A stretch of DNA of 64,000 nt from Spirochaetia bacterium (GTDB lineage: Bacteria; Spirochaetota; Spirochaetia; WTKD01; G963693115), in assembly GCA_965226055.1 (NCBI GenBank), contig CBDDCA010000006.1:96001-160000 (forward strand), in the 5' to 3' direction. Shown here piece after piece: positions 30,344 to 41,347 of this stretch. Numbering within the stretch: position 1 is the stretch's first letter; the number at the start of each line of letters is the position of its first letter. The translations under genes were made by a program, and so were the position numbers. The notes under the pieces were generated by a model that saw only the letters and a program-made list of their open reading frames with translations, did no database searches and had not been told where the DNA came from.

Positions 30344-31444
30344 TTACTGATCTTTTTTACTTATCAATTCTTGGATACTCTTTCTGGCTTCTTTATGTTT
30401 TGGATCTAGCTCTATCACTTTGTTATAATCGGCTAGTGCTTCTTCGTATTTTTCTTGCTTCGCTTTCATAAGCCCTCTGTTGTAGTATGCCAATGCATTT
30501 TCTGGATCTGGGTCTAGCTCTATCACTTTGGTGAAATCGGCTATTGCTTCTTTGTATTTTTCTTGTTTCGCTTGCATAAACCCTCTACTGTAGTGTACTA
30601 ATACATTTTTTGGATCTAGCTCTATCACTTTGTCGTAATCTTTTAGTGCTTTTTCATATCTCCCTAATGTATTTTGCGTAATGCCTCTAATGTAGTATAC
30701 TAATACATTTTTTGGATCTAGCTCTATTGCTTTGTCGTAATCTTTTAGTGCTTCTTTATATCTCTCTAATGTAGCGTTCGTAGATCCTCTGTTGCTGTAT
30801 GCTGATACATCTTTTGGATCTAGCTCTATTGCTTTGGTAAAATCAGTTAATGCTTCTTCATGCCTTTCTAGTATACCGTACATATTTCCTCTGTTGTTAT
30901 ATGCTTCTATGTCTTCTGGATCTAGCTCTATCGTTTTGGTATAATCGGCTAATGCTTCTTCATACTTCCCCAGTACATCATTTACAATTCCTCTGTTGAA
31001 ATATGCATCTGTGTCTTCTGGATTTAGCTCTATCGCTTTGGTATAATCGGCTAGTGCTTCTTCATACTTCCCCAGTGCATCATTCACATTTCCTCTGTTG
31101 TGGTATGCTTCTGAATCTTCTGGATCTAACTCTATTACTTTAGTGTAATCAGCTAGTGCTTCTTCATATCTCTCTAGTATATCGTACACATTTCCTCTGT
31201 TAAAGTATATATCTGAATCTTCTGGACTTAGCTCTATCGCTTTGGTGTAATCAGCTAGTGCATCTCCATACCTCTCTAATGTATCGTTTACATCTCCTCT
31301 GTTGCAGTATGCCATTGCTTTATCCGATTCTGTTGCTTCAACTGCGTTGATAATATCTGTTAAAACAATGATACTTTCTTCATATCTCCCTGCCCTAGAA
31401 AGTCGCTCTGCCCTTCTGTGTAAAAAATCTATATTGTCTGCCAT
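30344..31444 (-). CDS. Tetratricopeptide repeat protein (paralog of the downstream gene)
   Basis: About 9 TPRs; N-terminus MADNIDFLHRRAE resembles MASNIDFSHKRAE; upstream regions are also similar. Confidence 0.92.
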   Translation of the reverse strand: MADNIDFLHRRAERLSRAGRYEESIIVLTDIINAVEATESDKAMAYCNRGDVNDTLERYGDALADYTKAIELSPEDSDIYFNRGNVYDILERYEEALADYTKVIELDPEDSEAYHNRGNVNDALGKYEEALADYTKAIELNPEDTDAYFNRGIVNDVLGKYEEALADYTKTIELDPEDIEAYNNRGNMYGILERHEEALTDFTKAIELDPKDVSAYSNRGSTNATLERYKEALKDYDKAIELDPKNVLVYYIRGITQNTLGRYEKALKDYDKVIELDPKNVLVHYSRGFMQAKQEKYKEAIADFTKVIELDPDPENALAYYNRGLMKAKQEKYEEALADYNKVIELDPKHKEARKSIQELISKKDQ

Positions 31445-31610
31445 ATATGTTGACTCCTATTGCTCCTACTACCAGTGTAGTACATATAGCGATATATATA
31501 AAAATTCCCCTTTCCTATATTTCCATTTCCCCCTTGAATTTACAATTATGATAGACTATATATGTAGTATATACATTGTTATATAATTATTTAAAACAAA
31601 GGAGTACAAT

Positions 31611-31778
31611 ATGTCAAAAATATCAAAGAATGCTAGACGCGAAAGCGGAAAAGAGCTCAAGAGTAAATGGGGTGGAAAAATAGTAGTAAAGTCAATTATG
31701 GAAAATGGTAAAATTCATCATTATGCTCAGTGTGAAAAATCTGGTGTTCAAGCAAGGAAACCTCGAGATTTAATGTAA
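31611..31778 (+). CDS. Small basic protein, 55 aa (missed by ORF track)
   Basis: AAAGGAG RBS; MSKISKNARRESGKELKSKWGGKIVVKSIMENGKIHHYAQCEKSGVQARKPRDLM. Confidence 0.75.
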   Translation: MSKISKNARRESGKELKSKWGGKIVVKSIMENGKIHHYAQCEKSGVQARKPRDLM

Positions 31779-31796
31779 ATATATATCTATACCTCT

Positions 31797-32315
31797 GTGA
31801 TTATATCTGGAAAAAAAATTCAAGACTTTCTCAATAAAGATATTATTATCGATCCTTTTGATGCATCACAGCTAAATCCTAATAGCTATAACTTGCGTCT
31901 TCATGATGAGTTATTTGTATATGAAAATGAAGCACTTGATATGAAAAAAAAGCATACATTACGTTCTGTTCCCATTCCTCCAGAAGGACTAGAATTACAG
32001 CCTAATATGCTCTATCTTGGGAGAACTATTGAATATACCAAGACCTACAATTTCATACCGATGCTTGAAGGACGTTCATCTATAGGGAGACTTGGGTTAT
32101 ATGTGCATGTTACTGCTGGGTTTGGGGATGTTGGCTTTGAAGGATATTGGACCTTAGAGATGCATTGCATACAACCATTACGCATATATTCACATATTGA
32201 AATTTGTCAGATTTTCTATCATACTATAGAAGGAGAGTATGATGCATATACTTCTTCAAAGTATCATAAAAACATTGGAGTACAAGGAAGTAAGTTATAC
32301 CAAGAATTGCAATAA
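31797..32315 (+). CDS. dcd: dCTP deaminase
   Basis: QLNPNSYNLRL, EGRSSIGRLG, AGFGDVGFEGYWTLE. Confidence 0.93.
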   Translation: MIISGKKIQDFLNKDIIIDPFDASQLNPNSYNLRLHDELFVYENEALDMKKKHTLRSVPIPPEGLELQPNMLYLGRTIEYTKTYNFIPMLEGRSSIGRLGLYVHVTAGFGDVGFEGYWTLEMHCIQPLRIYSHIEICQIFYHTIEGEYDAYTSSKYHKNIGVQGSKLYQELQ

Positions 32316-32388
32316 CATAATCAAAGTTATTGATACATACTTAACATTTTAATACATTTTTCACAACATACACAAAAGGAGTATTTGT

Positions 32389-33645
32389 ATGAACGCAGGA
32401 TTTATTTCATTCCGATTTGCTGGCACAGATGGTGTTTCTTTAGAGGTACAAAAATGGGTTTCTGTTTTAGAAAGATTACAATGGAAAAGTCATTTTTTAT
32501 GTGGAGAGGCAGACACTCCCGAAGAAGTCACTATAGTAGAGCCTGAATTTCATTTTAATCACCCAGAAATTCTAGAAATTACCGAAGAAAGTTTTACTCA
32601 TCAATATAGATCCCCTGCACTTACAGAGAAAATTCACAAAAAAAGAAATGGCATTAAGGGACATATTCATCACTTTATAGAGACATTCAACATTAAGCTA
32701 CTGATCATTGAAAATGCTCTGTCTATTCCCATGAACATTCCTCTTAGTATGGCAATAGTAGAGGTGATTGCAGAAACGAATATACATACTATTATTCATC
32801 ACCATGATTTTTACTGGGAACGTGAAAGGTATTTACTAAACTGCGTACAAGATATTTTACAAGGATACTTTCCTCCTAATCTTCATAATGTAAAACACGT
32901 TACCATAAACTCTCTTGCACAGCATCAATTAGGATTTCGATGTGGCATCACTTCTACTATTATTCCTAATGTTATGGATTACAAATCTCATCCCACAACA
33001 CAAGATGAATATGGAAAGACAGTGAAGAAAGCACTCAATATAGACGAAGATTCTTTTTGTATTTTACAGCCTACTCGTATTGTACAAAGAAAAGGCATTG
33101 AACATGCTATTGAAATTGCACAAAAATTAGAGAGAAACACTACACTCATAATCTCTCATGAGTCAGGAGATGAAGGCAACGAATATAAACAGAGAGTGCT
33201 TGAGTTTGCTGATTTACTGGGAGTTGATTTACGTCTTATCAGTAATCGTATTGGACAAAAACGTGATAAAAATGAAAATGGCAATATATATACCTTAAGC
33301 GATATATATAATATGGCTGATATTGTCACCTACCCTTCCCTTATAGAAGGGTTTGGAAATGCATTTTTAGAAGCTGTGTATTTTAAGAAATTGCTTATTG
33401 TAAACTGTTTTCCTGTATATGTAACAGACATCAAACCAAAGGGATTTCATTGTTTAGAGTTTCGCAATTTTATCTCAAATAACTTTATGCAGGCAATACA
33501 TACTACCATAGACGATACTGAGTTAGTGCATGATATGATTACAAAAAACTTTATGATTGCAAAAAAACACTACTCACTTAATAATTTACATCTTAAGCTA
33601 CAAAATATTATAGTGGAATATATAGGTGTATATAATCATTCGTGA
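32389..33645 (+). CDS. GT4-family glycosyltransferase
   Basis: DGVSLE, HHDFYWER, QPTRIVQRKGIE, YPSLIEGFGNAFLEA. Confidence 0.85.
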   Translation: MNAGFISFRFAGTDGVSLEVQKWVSVLERLQWKSHFLCGEADTPEEVTIVEPEFHFNHPEILEITEESFTHQYRSPALTEKIHKKRNGIKGHIHHFIETFNIKLLIIENALSIPMNIPLSMAIVEVIAETNIHTIIHHHDFYWERERYLLNCVQDILQGYFPPNLHNVKHVTINSLAQHQLGFRCGITSTIIPNVMDYKSHPTTQDEYGKTVKKALNIDEDSFCILQPTRIVQRKGIEHAIEIAQKLERNTTLIISHESGDEGNEYKQRVLEFADLLGVDLRLISNRIGQKRDKNENGNIYTLSDIYNMADIVTYPSLIEGFGNAFLEAVYFKKLLIVNCFPVYVTDIKPKGFHCLEFRNFISNNFMQAIHTTIDDTELVHDMITKNFMIAKKHYSLNNLHLKLQNIIVEYIGVYNHS

Positions 33646-34733
33646 ACATACAGTTATTTGTTACTGCTTTATGGGATGAAGCAAAAGAGTTTTATTACTG
33701 GTTACTCCATCATGCTCAAATAATACCTACGAGTACTGTATTGCCACGCAATACTTCTCTACGAGAAATTAAAAACTGCCTCCAATATCTTCAACATGAC
33801 AATAATAATAATGAATTATACCTCAGTCCTATGCTACAGTGTTTTGCGTACACAAAAGATCCTGACAATACTACTCATAGTCAAGGACAGGCACACACAC
33901 AGAATACTCCACTATACTGTATGCTCCTTGTAACAGGTGTTGGAAAAGTTTCATCAGCGAGTGCTGTATCAAATATTGCATCACAGATACCTGTTTCTAT
34001 TATAAAACTAGGTGCTGTACTGGGTGCAAGTAGTACATTACAACAAAGAGACATAGTATTTCCTCGTTTCTTTGCTCAACACGATATAGATTTAGGGAGT
34101 AACAAAAAAAACGAACAGTACTTAAAAGCTGCTAATATGCATATACTCGATTCATATGTATCTCACAACGATAGCTATGATTCTTCTGGAGATAATAGCT
34201 TTGCCTCCATTGTGCCTCATCTTCAAACAAAGCTCTATCATTCACTTCAGACAAGCAGTTTAGCTCCTGCATCACTCTATACAGATCCTGCTCTCTGTAT
34301 AAGTGGCGATAGTTTTGTTACACTGCAAAAAATAACAAAGAGAAACAACACTTCTTATTCTCTTACATACGAACATACTGCTTTATATGGTACTACTTTA
34401 TATGATACTGCCGAACAGGTATTTCAGTTACCAAAACCTTTACAGGCATTTATCTTACAATGCAATACCATACTATACAATCTGTTACAGAAGAAAAATA
34501 CATCTAACCTGCATGAACAGTCTCACAATATAGCTCCTTCTATTGCAGTCATAGATATGGAGAATGCCGCTGTAGTACAGGCTGCACATACCTGTGTTGC
34601 ACCTATTATAGTGATAGCTATTGTACTTGATCATGTTTCTGCATTAAAGAAAGTAAATTTCTATAAGGCAATACAAGATATTTCTAGCATAATTAAATAC
34701 AGCTGCCTCACTTACATTGATATAATCACATAG
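33642..34733 (+). CDS. Divergent MTA/SAH nucleosidase-like (PNP_UDP_1) protein
   Basis: TGVGKVSSA, QHDID, SGDSFV, DMENAAV motifs separated by insertions. Confidence 0.65.
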   Translation: MNIQLFVTALWDEAKEFYYWLLHHAQIIPTSTVLPRNTSLREIKNCLQYLQHDNNNNELYLSPMLQCFAYTKDPDNTTHSQGQAHTQNTPLYCMLLVTGVGKVSSASAVSNIASQIPVSIIKLGAVLGASSTLQQRDIVFPRFFAQHDIDLGSNKKNEQYLKAANMHILDSYVSHNDSYDSSGDNSFASIVPHLQTKLYHSLQTSSLAPASLYTDPALCISGDSFVTLQKITKRNNTSYSLTYEHTALYGTTLYDTAEQVFQLPKPLQAFILQCNTILYNLLQKKNTSNLHEQSHNIAPSIAVIDMENAAVVQAAHTCVAPIIVIAIVLDHVSALKKVNFYKAIQDISSIIKYSCLTYIDIIT

Positions 34734-34747
34734 TATATTTTATCTCT

Positions 34748-36100
34748 TTAAATTTGTAATATCAGTTTTGCTATAGAAAAATAGATGGATAAACCAATAA
34801 TATCTATTCCTGTCGCAATAAGAGGAGACGCTATAACAGTGGGATCAAAGCCCAATTTTGATATTATAAGCGGGGCAAGTATGCCAATAATTGCAGAAAA
34901 TAATACTACTGACAAAAGAGATACACTCAAAGCTACACCATGTCTAACACTAATGATAGGAGGCACAAATACCCCAATCAACAGCACAAGTATACCTAAA
35001 CAGAGACCGAGAAATAGCCCAACGATGAGTTCTTTCATTACAATTTTACATATATCCTTAAAAGAAAGTTCATTTTTAGCAAGTCCACTAATAATAAGGG
35101 CTGAGCTTTGTACTGCGGTATTCCCTCCAGTTGAAGTAATCACAGGAATAAATAATACAAGAAATGCAACACTGTGAATAAAAGATGAGAAAAAATTGAT
35201 AACATTGCTAGTAAAAGTACTTGCAATTAACAAAAGTCCTAGCCATGGTATACGTGCCTGAAATAACTGAAATACTGAACTATGTAAATACGACTTATCT
35301 TTTGTTGCATCACTTGTTACGGCACTCATTTTCAACATATCTTCTTTATGTTCTGCTTTACTAATTTCTATTGCATCGTCTATAGTGACTATTCCTAGTA
35401 AACGATGAAACTTATCTATTACAGGAATTGCAATTAAATCATGTTCATACAAAAGCTGTACGGTTTCTTCTTGATCTGTTTCTGGATGTGCATAATAATA
35501 TTCACTTACCATAAACTCTTCCAGACAAACGGTATCTTTTTTACGCATTAGATCGCGAAGAGACACCACTCCCTGTAGCTTGCCCATTCTATCAACTACA
35601 TAAATATAATAAATCGTTTCTACTTCGTCTATATTGTTGCGTATTAACTGAATGGTCTGTGCTACTGTTGCAGTTGATCGTGCTGCTACATAGTTTGGGG
35701 TCATTATGCCTGCTGCATCGTCAGCATCAAAAGTCAAGAGAAATTTTACAATGTGCTGAGTGTTTTGGGGCAACGCTTCCCATATCTTACTTTTTAGTGT
35801 ATCGCTAATCATTTGAAATAAATCTGCAAGATCATCAGGTTGAATATTATGTAACACTTCTTGTATGGTATTAGAGGCAATAAGCTGAGTCAGAAAATTT
35901 TCAAGATATTCTTGTTCAAGGGCAAATAGGATGCTCTTTTGTTTGTCAGTATCAAGGAGAGAAAAATAATCCTGAATGTTGTCAAGCTCTTGTTTCATTA
36001 GTTCACTAAACTGAACAATAAGCTCCTCATTGTCTGCTAGTGAGACCCAGTCTTTCCAATCTTCAATAGAAGTAATTTCTTTTTCTAATTCATATGCCAT
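34748..36100 (-). CDS. mgtE: Magnesium transporter MgtE
   Basis: CBS pair (AAGIMT, LGIVTIDD), GGNTAVQS, DPTVIASPLIAT. Confidence 0.93.
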   Translation of the reverse strand: MAYELEKEITSIEDWKDWVSLADNEELIVQFSELMKQELDNIQDYFSLLDTDKQKSILFALEQEYLENFLTQLIASNTIQEVLHNIQPDDLADLFQMISDTLKSKIWEALPQNTQHIVKFLLTFDADDAAGIMTPNYVAARSTATVAQTIQLIRNNIDEVETIYYIYVVDRMGKLQGVVSLRDLMRKKDTVCLEEFMVSEYYYAHPETDQEETVQLLYEHDLIAIPVIDKFHRLLGIVTIDDAIEISKAEHKEDMLKMSAVTSDATKDKSYLHSSVFQLFQARIPWLGLLLIASTFTSNVINFFSSFIHSVAFLVLFIPVITSTGGNTAVQSSALIISGLAKNELSFKDICKIVMKELIVGLFLGLCLGILVLLIGVFVPPIISVRHGVALSVSLLSVVLFSAIIGILAPLIISKLGFDPTVIASPLIATGIDIIGLSIYFSIAKLILQI

Positions 36101-37038
36101 TGACTACTTTCTCCTAATAACTGTATTTCATGTTCTAAAGTAAATCCGTATGCTTCGTTTGCTTTTTGTTTCATATGCAAAGAAAGGGCATATACATCTT
36201 CTGCGGTAGCCGTGCCTGTGTTGATAATAATATTTGCATGTAACGGATGTACCATTGCTCCTCCATACGATGTTCCTCGAAACCCTAAGGTATCAAGAAT
36301 TTGTCCTGACGGCATACCAAAATCACGATTATTCTTAAATACTGATCCTGCACAAGGAGCAGTATAATGCCCTTTTATTCTTCTATCATATTCATATGAT
36401 AGCATCTTTTGCCATAACTCCTCTTGCTGTGCCTCTTTGATAGCAAATACACATTTAGTAATAATTATGTCTTGTTCTTGAAATGGTGATTTTTTATAAG
36501 AAAAATCCTTACTGTCAACTGTATAGCTCCAATGGATACCTTGCAAATCATATCCTTCCACCGAAATAAGGGTTTCACATATTTCTCTTCCATAGCATCG
36601 TGCATTCATCCAACATGCTCCTCCTACTGTGCCAGGCATACCGTACAGAAACTCTATGCTCTGTTTTCCTCTATTTGCAAGATATACACAAAGACTTCGT
36701 ACTGTAGAACCCCCTTCAACAGCTACTGTTGTCTCATTAAGCGATATATTGTTCATATGTACTGTACAGAGTACTAAACCTTTTATTTCATTGGTAGAAG
36801 CCAATACATTCGATCCTCCTCCTAATATAGTTATTGGCACAGCATATGCATGAGCTATTTGTAGTACTTTCTGTAATTGCAGTATACTATTAGGAGTACA
36901 AAAAAACTCGGCTTGAGACTTTGTCTGAAATGCAGTATAAGTAAATAAAGAAAACTTACTTTTTATAGGAATACTATATGCTTGTAATTCTGTAAGGAAA
37001 CTCATATATAAAATAATATACGAATAGTATAGTAACAT
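36085..37038 (-). CDS. murB: UDP-N-acetylmuramate dehydrogenase
   Basis: GGGSNVL, PGTVGGACWMNA, AGSVFKN, HANIIIN. Confidence 0.93.
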   Translation of the reverse strand: MLLYYSYIILYMSFLTELQAYSIPIKSKFSLFTYTAFQTKSQAEFFCTPNSILQLQKVLQIAHAYAVPITILGGGSNVLASTNEIKGLVLCTVHMNNISLNETTVAVEGGSTVRSLCVYLANRGKQSIEFLYGMPGTVGGACWMNARCYGREICETLISVEGYDLQGIHWSYTVDSKDFSYKKSPFQEQDIIITKCVFAIKEAQQEELWQKMLSYEYDRRIKGHYTAPCAGSVFKNNRDFGMPSGQILDTLGFRGTSYGGAMVHPLHANIIINTGTATAEDVYALSLHMKQKANEAYGFTLEHEIQLLGESSQWHMN

Positions 37039-37056
37039 TCAATAGTAGGACATTTA

Positions 37057-38703
37057 ATGATTATTTCACAAAAAAGCATTATACGAATATTCATCATAGT
37101 ATCGTTTTGTACGATTTTTTTTATGGCATTGTTCTTGTCAATCAGGACACTTCCTCCTATACTTTTTACGATAGATCCTGTAGTAGGAACACGTGGTGAT
37201 ACTGTACGCATGAGCGGTATTGCCTTGTCTCATGCAGATATTCCTACTAAAATATTTATAAACGATACCCTTGTGCCTGAACAAGATATCATCAATCGAG
37301 GCTTCTTTTCTATTGATTTTAAGATAAATGTTGATAGTGGTGCTAAATATATATATCTTAAACAAAATAACACTACAAGCAAAGCAAAATTACTCATTGT
37401 GCGATCATTAGAGAATGAATTTTCCTTTGCAGACAAACCCACGTCACAAAAGCCCAGTGCCTCCCCTCTTTCAAATATATCGTTTACGTACCGTAATGCT
37501 GATACAAATACTTTTATTATTGATGAAAATACAAAAAAAATAGTTACTCACCCAATAGAAGAAATACAGTTTGAGGTTCCAAATACACAAATAATACAAA
37601 ATGTATGTTCCAGTACTGTGTTATCCAATGTGATGAACATAGAGTTACCAAAACATCTATGGAACATAAAAGATAGCACTACAGTATCTCTTGCTCTCCC
37701 TGAATTATTTTGGTTTAATTATAGCTCAGTTGCAAATACTTCTCTAAAATTTGATTGTAAAGATACACAGTTTACTTTCCCTTTAACGCTTAACTCTGTT
37801 ACTGTTGCTTCTCAAGATATTTCTTCGTCCTATGAACTAAATATCATATATCAAAAAAATAATAGTGGTAGCTACCTGTTGCCTATTCAAAACAGAAATC
37901 AACAACGAAGAATAGTGCTTGATAGTCAATATAATGTGTTTCTCTATAACTATTTTAACTCGTATGTTACTTATCCCGAATTTGATATGAGTCTTACTAT
38001 TACCCCGCTTATTGTAAAAGATATTGATTCTATACGCTTTGAACAAAACCCAGAACATATACTCACTCCTGCGTATTTGAATCTCAGTGAGAATGAAACT
38101 GTTCTTATTGATAAACTTTTTCGTACTTCTCTTCAATCTACAAGAGCAATAATACAGGCTATGCGCAATAATCCTTCATTACAGCTACAAGAAATACACT
38201 CTTTGGTTTCAACGCTATATCAGGAACTACACACTGTTTCTGAAGAATCAAAAGATGCGTATATAACACAACAACATGCTTCTACTTTACAATATTCTAA
38301 TACTAATACAATACACTTACTTCTTATGGCTCGCATACTGCATCGTTATGGTATCATTACTCGCACAATGCTTGGAGCTATGATTCAAAAAGTCCGAAAT
38401 CAAGATAACACTTTTGCTACTGTGCCTATAGATGCTTCAAAGGATCTTTTAGTATGGCTTGAGTTTTATAGTAAAGAGTACGGATGGGTTGCTATTCAAA
38501 ATGAGTATCGTATACAAGCGACTGCTTCTGTAGAAAAAAACGAGGCTTTTGACGAGTCGTTCAATGGAGCTTCTTTAGAAAATTCTATACAAGAACTTAT
38601 TATTCCTAAAAACCTACTTCGTCTTTATGTTCTTGAAGAATACCTTTGGCTTGAACACAATGCACAAAAAGCTATCCTTCCTGCACAGATCAATTTTCTG
38701 TAA
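37057..38703 (+). CDS. Membrane-anchored protein, IPT/TIG-like N-terminus and transglutaminase-like C-terminus
   Basis: N-terminal TM; IDPVVGTRGDTV; GIITR...VWLEFY...GWV pattern. Confidence 0.5.
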   Translation: MIISQKSIIRIFIIVSFCTIFFMALFLSIRTLPPILFTIDPVVGTRGDTVRMSGIALSHADIPTKIFINDTLVPEQDIINRGFFSIDFKINVDSGAKYIYLKQNNTTSKAKLLIVRSLENEFSFADKPTSQKPSASPLSNISFTYRNADTNTFIIDENTKKIVTHPIEEIQFEVPNTQIIQNVCSSTVLSNVMNIELPKHLWNIKDSTTVSLALPELFWFNYSSVANTSLKFDCKDTQFTFPLTLNSVTVASQDISSSYELNIIYQKNNSGSYLLPIQNRNQQRRIVLDSQYNVFLYNYFNSYVTYPEFDMSLTITPLIVKDIDSIRFEQNPEHILTPAYLNLSENETVLIDKLFRTSLQSTRAIIQAMRNNPSLQLQEIHSLVSTLYQELHTVSEESKDAYITQQHASTLQYSNTNTIHLLLMARILHRYGIITRTMLGAMIQKVRNQDNTFATVPIDASKDLLVWLEFYSKEYGWVAIQNEYRIQATASVEKNEAFDESFNGASLENSIQELIIPKNLLRLYVLEEYLWLEHNAQKAILPAQINFL

Positions 38704-38709
38704 CAGTGC

Positions 38710-41226
38710 CTACGAAAGAGCATCTTTTATGATAGTTTCCACATCCTCAAGTGTTAATGCTTCTATTATCTTTGCATCTTTTTTATCTTCTGGTAGTTTA
38801 ACATTTTTACTTGCTCCTAATCGTAAAAATGGACCATAGGGTCCCTCATAAATGCCTACCTTTAATTTCTTGCTTGAATATACCCCAAGATCTTTTAGTA
38901 ACACAGACCCTCTTCGTCTCCTTTTTACTTCCTGATTAAGTCGTTCAATAGCTCTCTCTAACGTGATGGTATAGACATCATCATCTTTCGTGAGAGTTCT
39001 TGTGCTTTCTCCACATTTAATATATGGACCGAAACGACCAATATGTACAGTTATGTCTTCTCCACTTTTAGGGTGCTGACCTAGTACTTTCGGAATACTT
39101 AAAAACTTTAAGGCATCAGCTAATGTTATACTATGTGCATCCATTGTCTTTGGGACCTGTGCTCTTCGGGGTTTTGGAGTATCTTCACTTACTTCTCCTA
39201 ATTGTACATAAGGACCATATTTACCAGTAAGGCAATACACATTCATTCCTGTTTTTTCATCTACTCCAAGCGGTTCTTGACTTTTACGTTTTATGCCTAT
39301 GAGCGTATTGATATAACTAGGAGTTATATCTGATGGACTGCAATCTTCGGGGATTGAAATATGCTGTTCCTCGTCTTTGCCTTGCATAATTATGTACGCA
39401 CCGTATCGTCCTTCTCGTACCTCGTATTCCTGTGGTAAATTAGGTATGTATATTTTTTGAGATTTCTCTTTGTCTATAGCGCTTCCCTTGTCCACTTTAT
39501 ATGCTAAGCCATTCTCAGAAAGATAAAATTGACTGAGATACTGTAAAAAATTTTCTTGTCCTACTGCTATTTTATCAAGGCTTTCCTCTAGTGCTGCAGT
39601 AAAATCATAATCTACATATTCTGCAAAGTTTTTCTCTAAAAATTGTGTGACACTAAACCCTGTGAGCGTAGGCACTAATGCTTGATCAACTCTTTTTACA
39701 TATCCTCTCTCTATAAGAGTATTGATGATAGTGGCATAGGTAGAAGGACGACCAATTCCTAATTGTTCTAAATGCTTTACAAGCGAAGCATCATTATACC
39801 GAGCTGGAGCTTTTGTTTCGTGTTCTTGTATATCAAGCTGGTATATCGGTAGCTCCATCCCTTCTTCTAAACCAGAAGGCAATATAGTCTCATCAGCCTT
39901 AGTATCATTACTTAATGCCATAAACCCTGGAAAAGTTATGACTGAGCCTGTCGAACTAAAGGTATACTGTTTTACTTTTAACGTAATGGTTTGTATATCT
40001 TTTACTGCGGGAGCCATCTGTGAAGCAAGTGTTCTATGCCATATAAGCCTATAAAGACTGAGTTCTCTCCCTTGTAAAGAAGTATCATCAGGATCAATAA
40101 AGGTGTCTCCTGCTGGACGAATGGCTTCGTGAGCTTCTTGTGCATTTTTCGATTTCTTAAAAAATTGACGTTGCTGGGTATGTAAATAATTTGTATCAAA
40201 GCGTTTTAAGATACTATTACGAGCAGCACTCACTGCTTGTGAGGAGAGGTTAGGAGAATCAGTTCTCATATAGGTAATAAACCCTTGTTCATACAAGGTT
40301 TGAGCGGTACGCATAGTTTCACGTGAGGTGAGTTTTAATCTCCTATTAGCATCCTGCTGTAAAGTGGATGTTGTGTACGGAATGGGAGGCTGTATATTAT
40401 GTGTTTTTTTCTCTATGTTACTGATAGTCATATCAGTGCCTTGTAACTCTTGTACAATATTCTTGCAATCATCATGAGAAAGATGCACTACATCATTCTT
40501 TAAGTTTCCTTCATTACTAAAATCTGATCCTGTTGCAATTCTTTTACTGTCAACATAGGTAAGTTTTATTGGGAGTTTCTCATCATCTTTGTATGTAAGT
40601 GTCCCTGTAATATCGTAGTAGCGTACTGCCTTAAACAGAGAGCGTAAATATTCTCGGTCAACTAAAAGACGTAAGCTCGGTGATTGTACACGTCCTGCAG
40701 AGAGACGGTATGTTATCTTTTTCCAGATAAGCTCTGATAATCGGTATCCGTATAGTCTATCAATAATACGCCTTGTTTCTTGTGCACGAACCAGACTCAT
40801 GTCTAAATCACGATACGAGTCTATTGCTTTTTGTATTGCTGTCTTTGTTATTTCATGAAATACCATACGCTTTAATGGTACTTTTGGTTTCAGTAATTCC
40901 ACAATATGCCACGCTATACTCTCTCCTTCTCTGTCTTCGTCTGTAGCTAAAAACAACGCTTCTACTGATTGTAATTTTGCTTTGATTTCACGAATGAGCT
41001 TTGTTTTTCCTGTTACGGTAACATACAAAGGGGTAAAGTCGTTCTCAACATCAACCCCTAAACGAGCCCAAGCATGTTCTTTGTATTTTTTTGGAATATC
41101 ACTTGCTGAACGAGGAAGGTCTCGTACATGACCTATAGATGATACTACTTCATATTCTTTTGAAAGAAATTTTGATATTGTTTTTGCCTTAGTGGGAGAT
41201 TCCACAATCACTAAATACTTACTCAT
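38710..41226 (-). CDS. topA: DNA topoisomerase I
   Basis: LVIVESPTKAKTI, ATDEDREGE, SAGRVQS, ITYMRTDS, GIGRPSTY. Confidence 0.97.
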   Translation of the reverse strand: MSKYLVIVESPTKAKTISKFLSKEYEVVSSIGHVRDLPRSASDIPKKYKEHAWARLGVDVENDFTPLYVTVTGKTKLIREIKAKLQSVEALFLATDEDREGESIAWHIVELLKPKVPLKRMVFHEITKTAIQKAIDSYRDLDMSLVRAQETRRIIDRLYGYRLSELIWKKITYRLSAGRVQSPSLRLLVDREYLRSLFKAVRYYDITGTLTYKDDEKLPIKLTYVDSKRIATGSDFSNEGNLKNDVVHLSHDDCKNIVQELQGTDMTISNIEKKTHNIQPPIPYTTSTLQQDANRRLKLTSRETMRTAQTLYEQGFITYMRTDSPNLSSQAVSAARNSILKRFDTNYLHTQQRQFFKKSKNAQEAHEAIRPAGDTFIDPDDTSLQGRELSLYRLIWHRTLASQMAPAVKDIQTITLKVKQYTFSSTGSVITFPGFMALSNDTKADETILPSGLEEGMELPIYQLDIQEHETKAPARYNDASLVKHLEQLGIGRPSTYATIINTLIERGYVKRVDQALVPTLTGFSVTQFLEKNFAEYVDYDFTAALEESLDKIAVGQENFLQYLSQFYLSENGLAYKVDKGSAIDKEKSQKIYIPNLPQEYEVREGRYGAYIIMQGKDEEQHISIPEDCSPSDITPSYINTLIGIKRKSQEPLGVDEKTGMNVYCLTGKYGPYVQLGEVSEDTPKPRRAQVPKTMDAHSITLADALKFLSIPKVLGQHPKSGEDITVHIGRFGPYIKCGESTRTLTKDDDVYTITLERAIERLNQEVKRRRRGSVLLKDLGVYSSKKLKVGIYEGPYGPFLRLGASKNVKLPEDKKDAKIIEALTLEDVETIIKDALS

Positions 41227-41347
41227 ATTATTCCTTACTAATAATTATCTTTTTTTTAATTATACCTAAAAAACAATTTTTTTATATTCCTGCTATACTT
41301 ATACTAGAATACATTATCTCCCAATACCCTACTATTGTAAGCATTGT

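Noticed and set aside
28800-31330. 102-bp periodic repeats as an array or satellite
   Set aside because: Fully explained by TPR coding repeats; the + strand Leu-rich ORFs are shadows.
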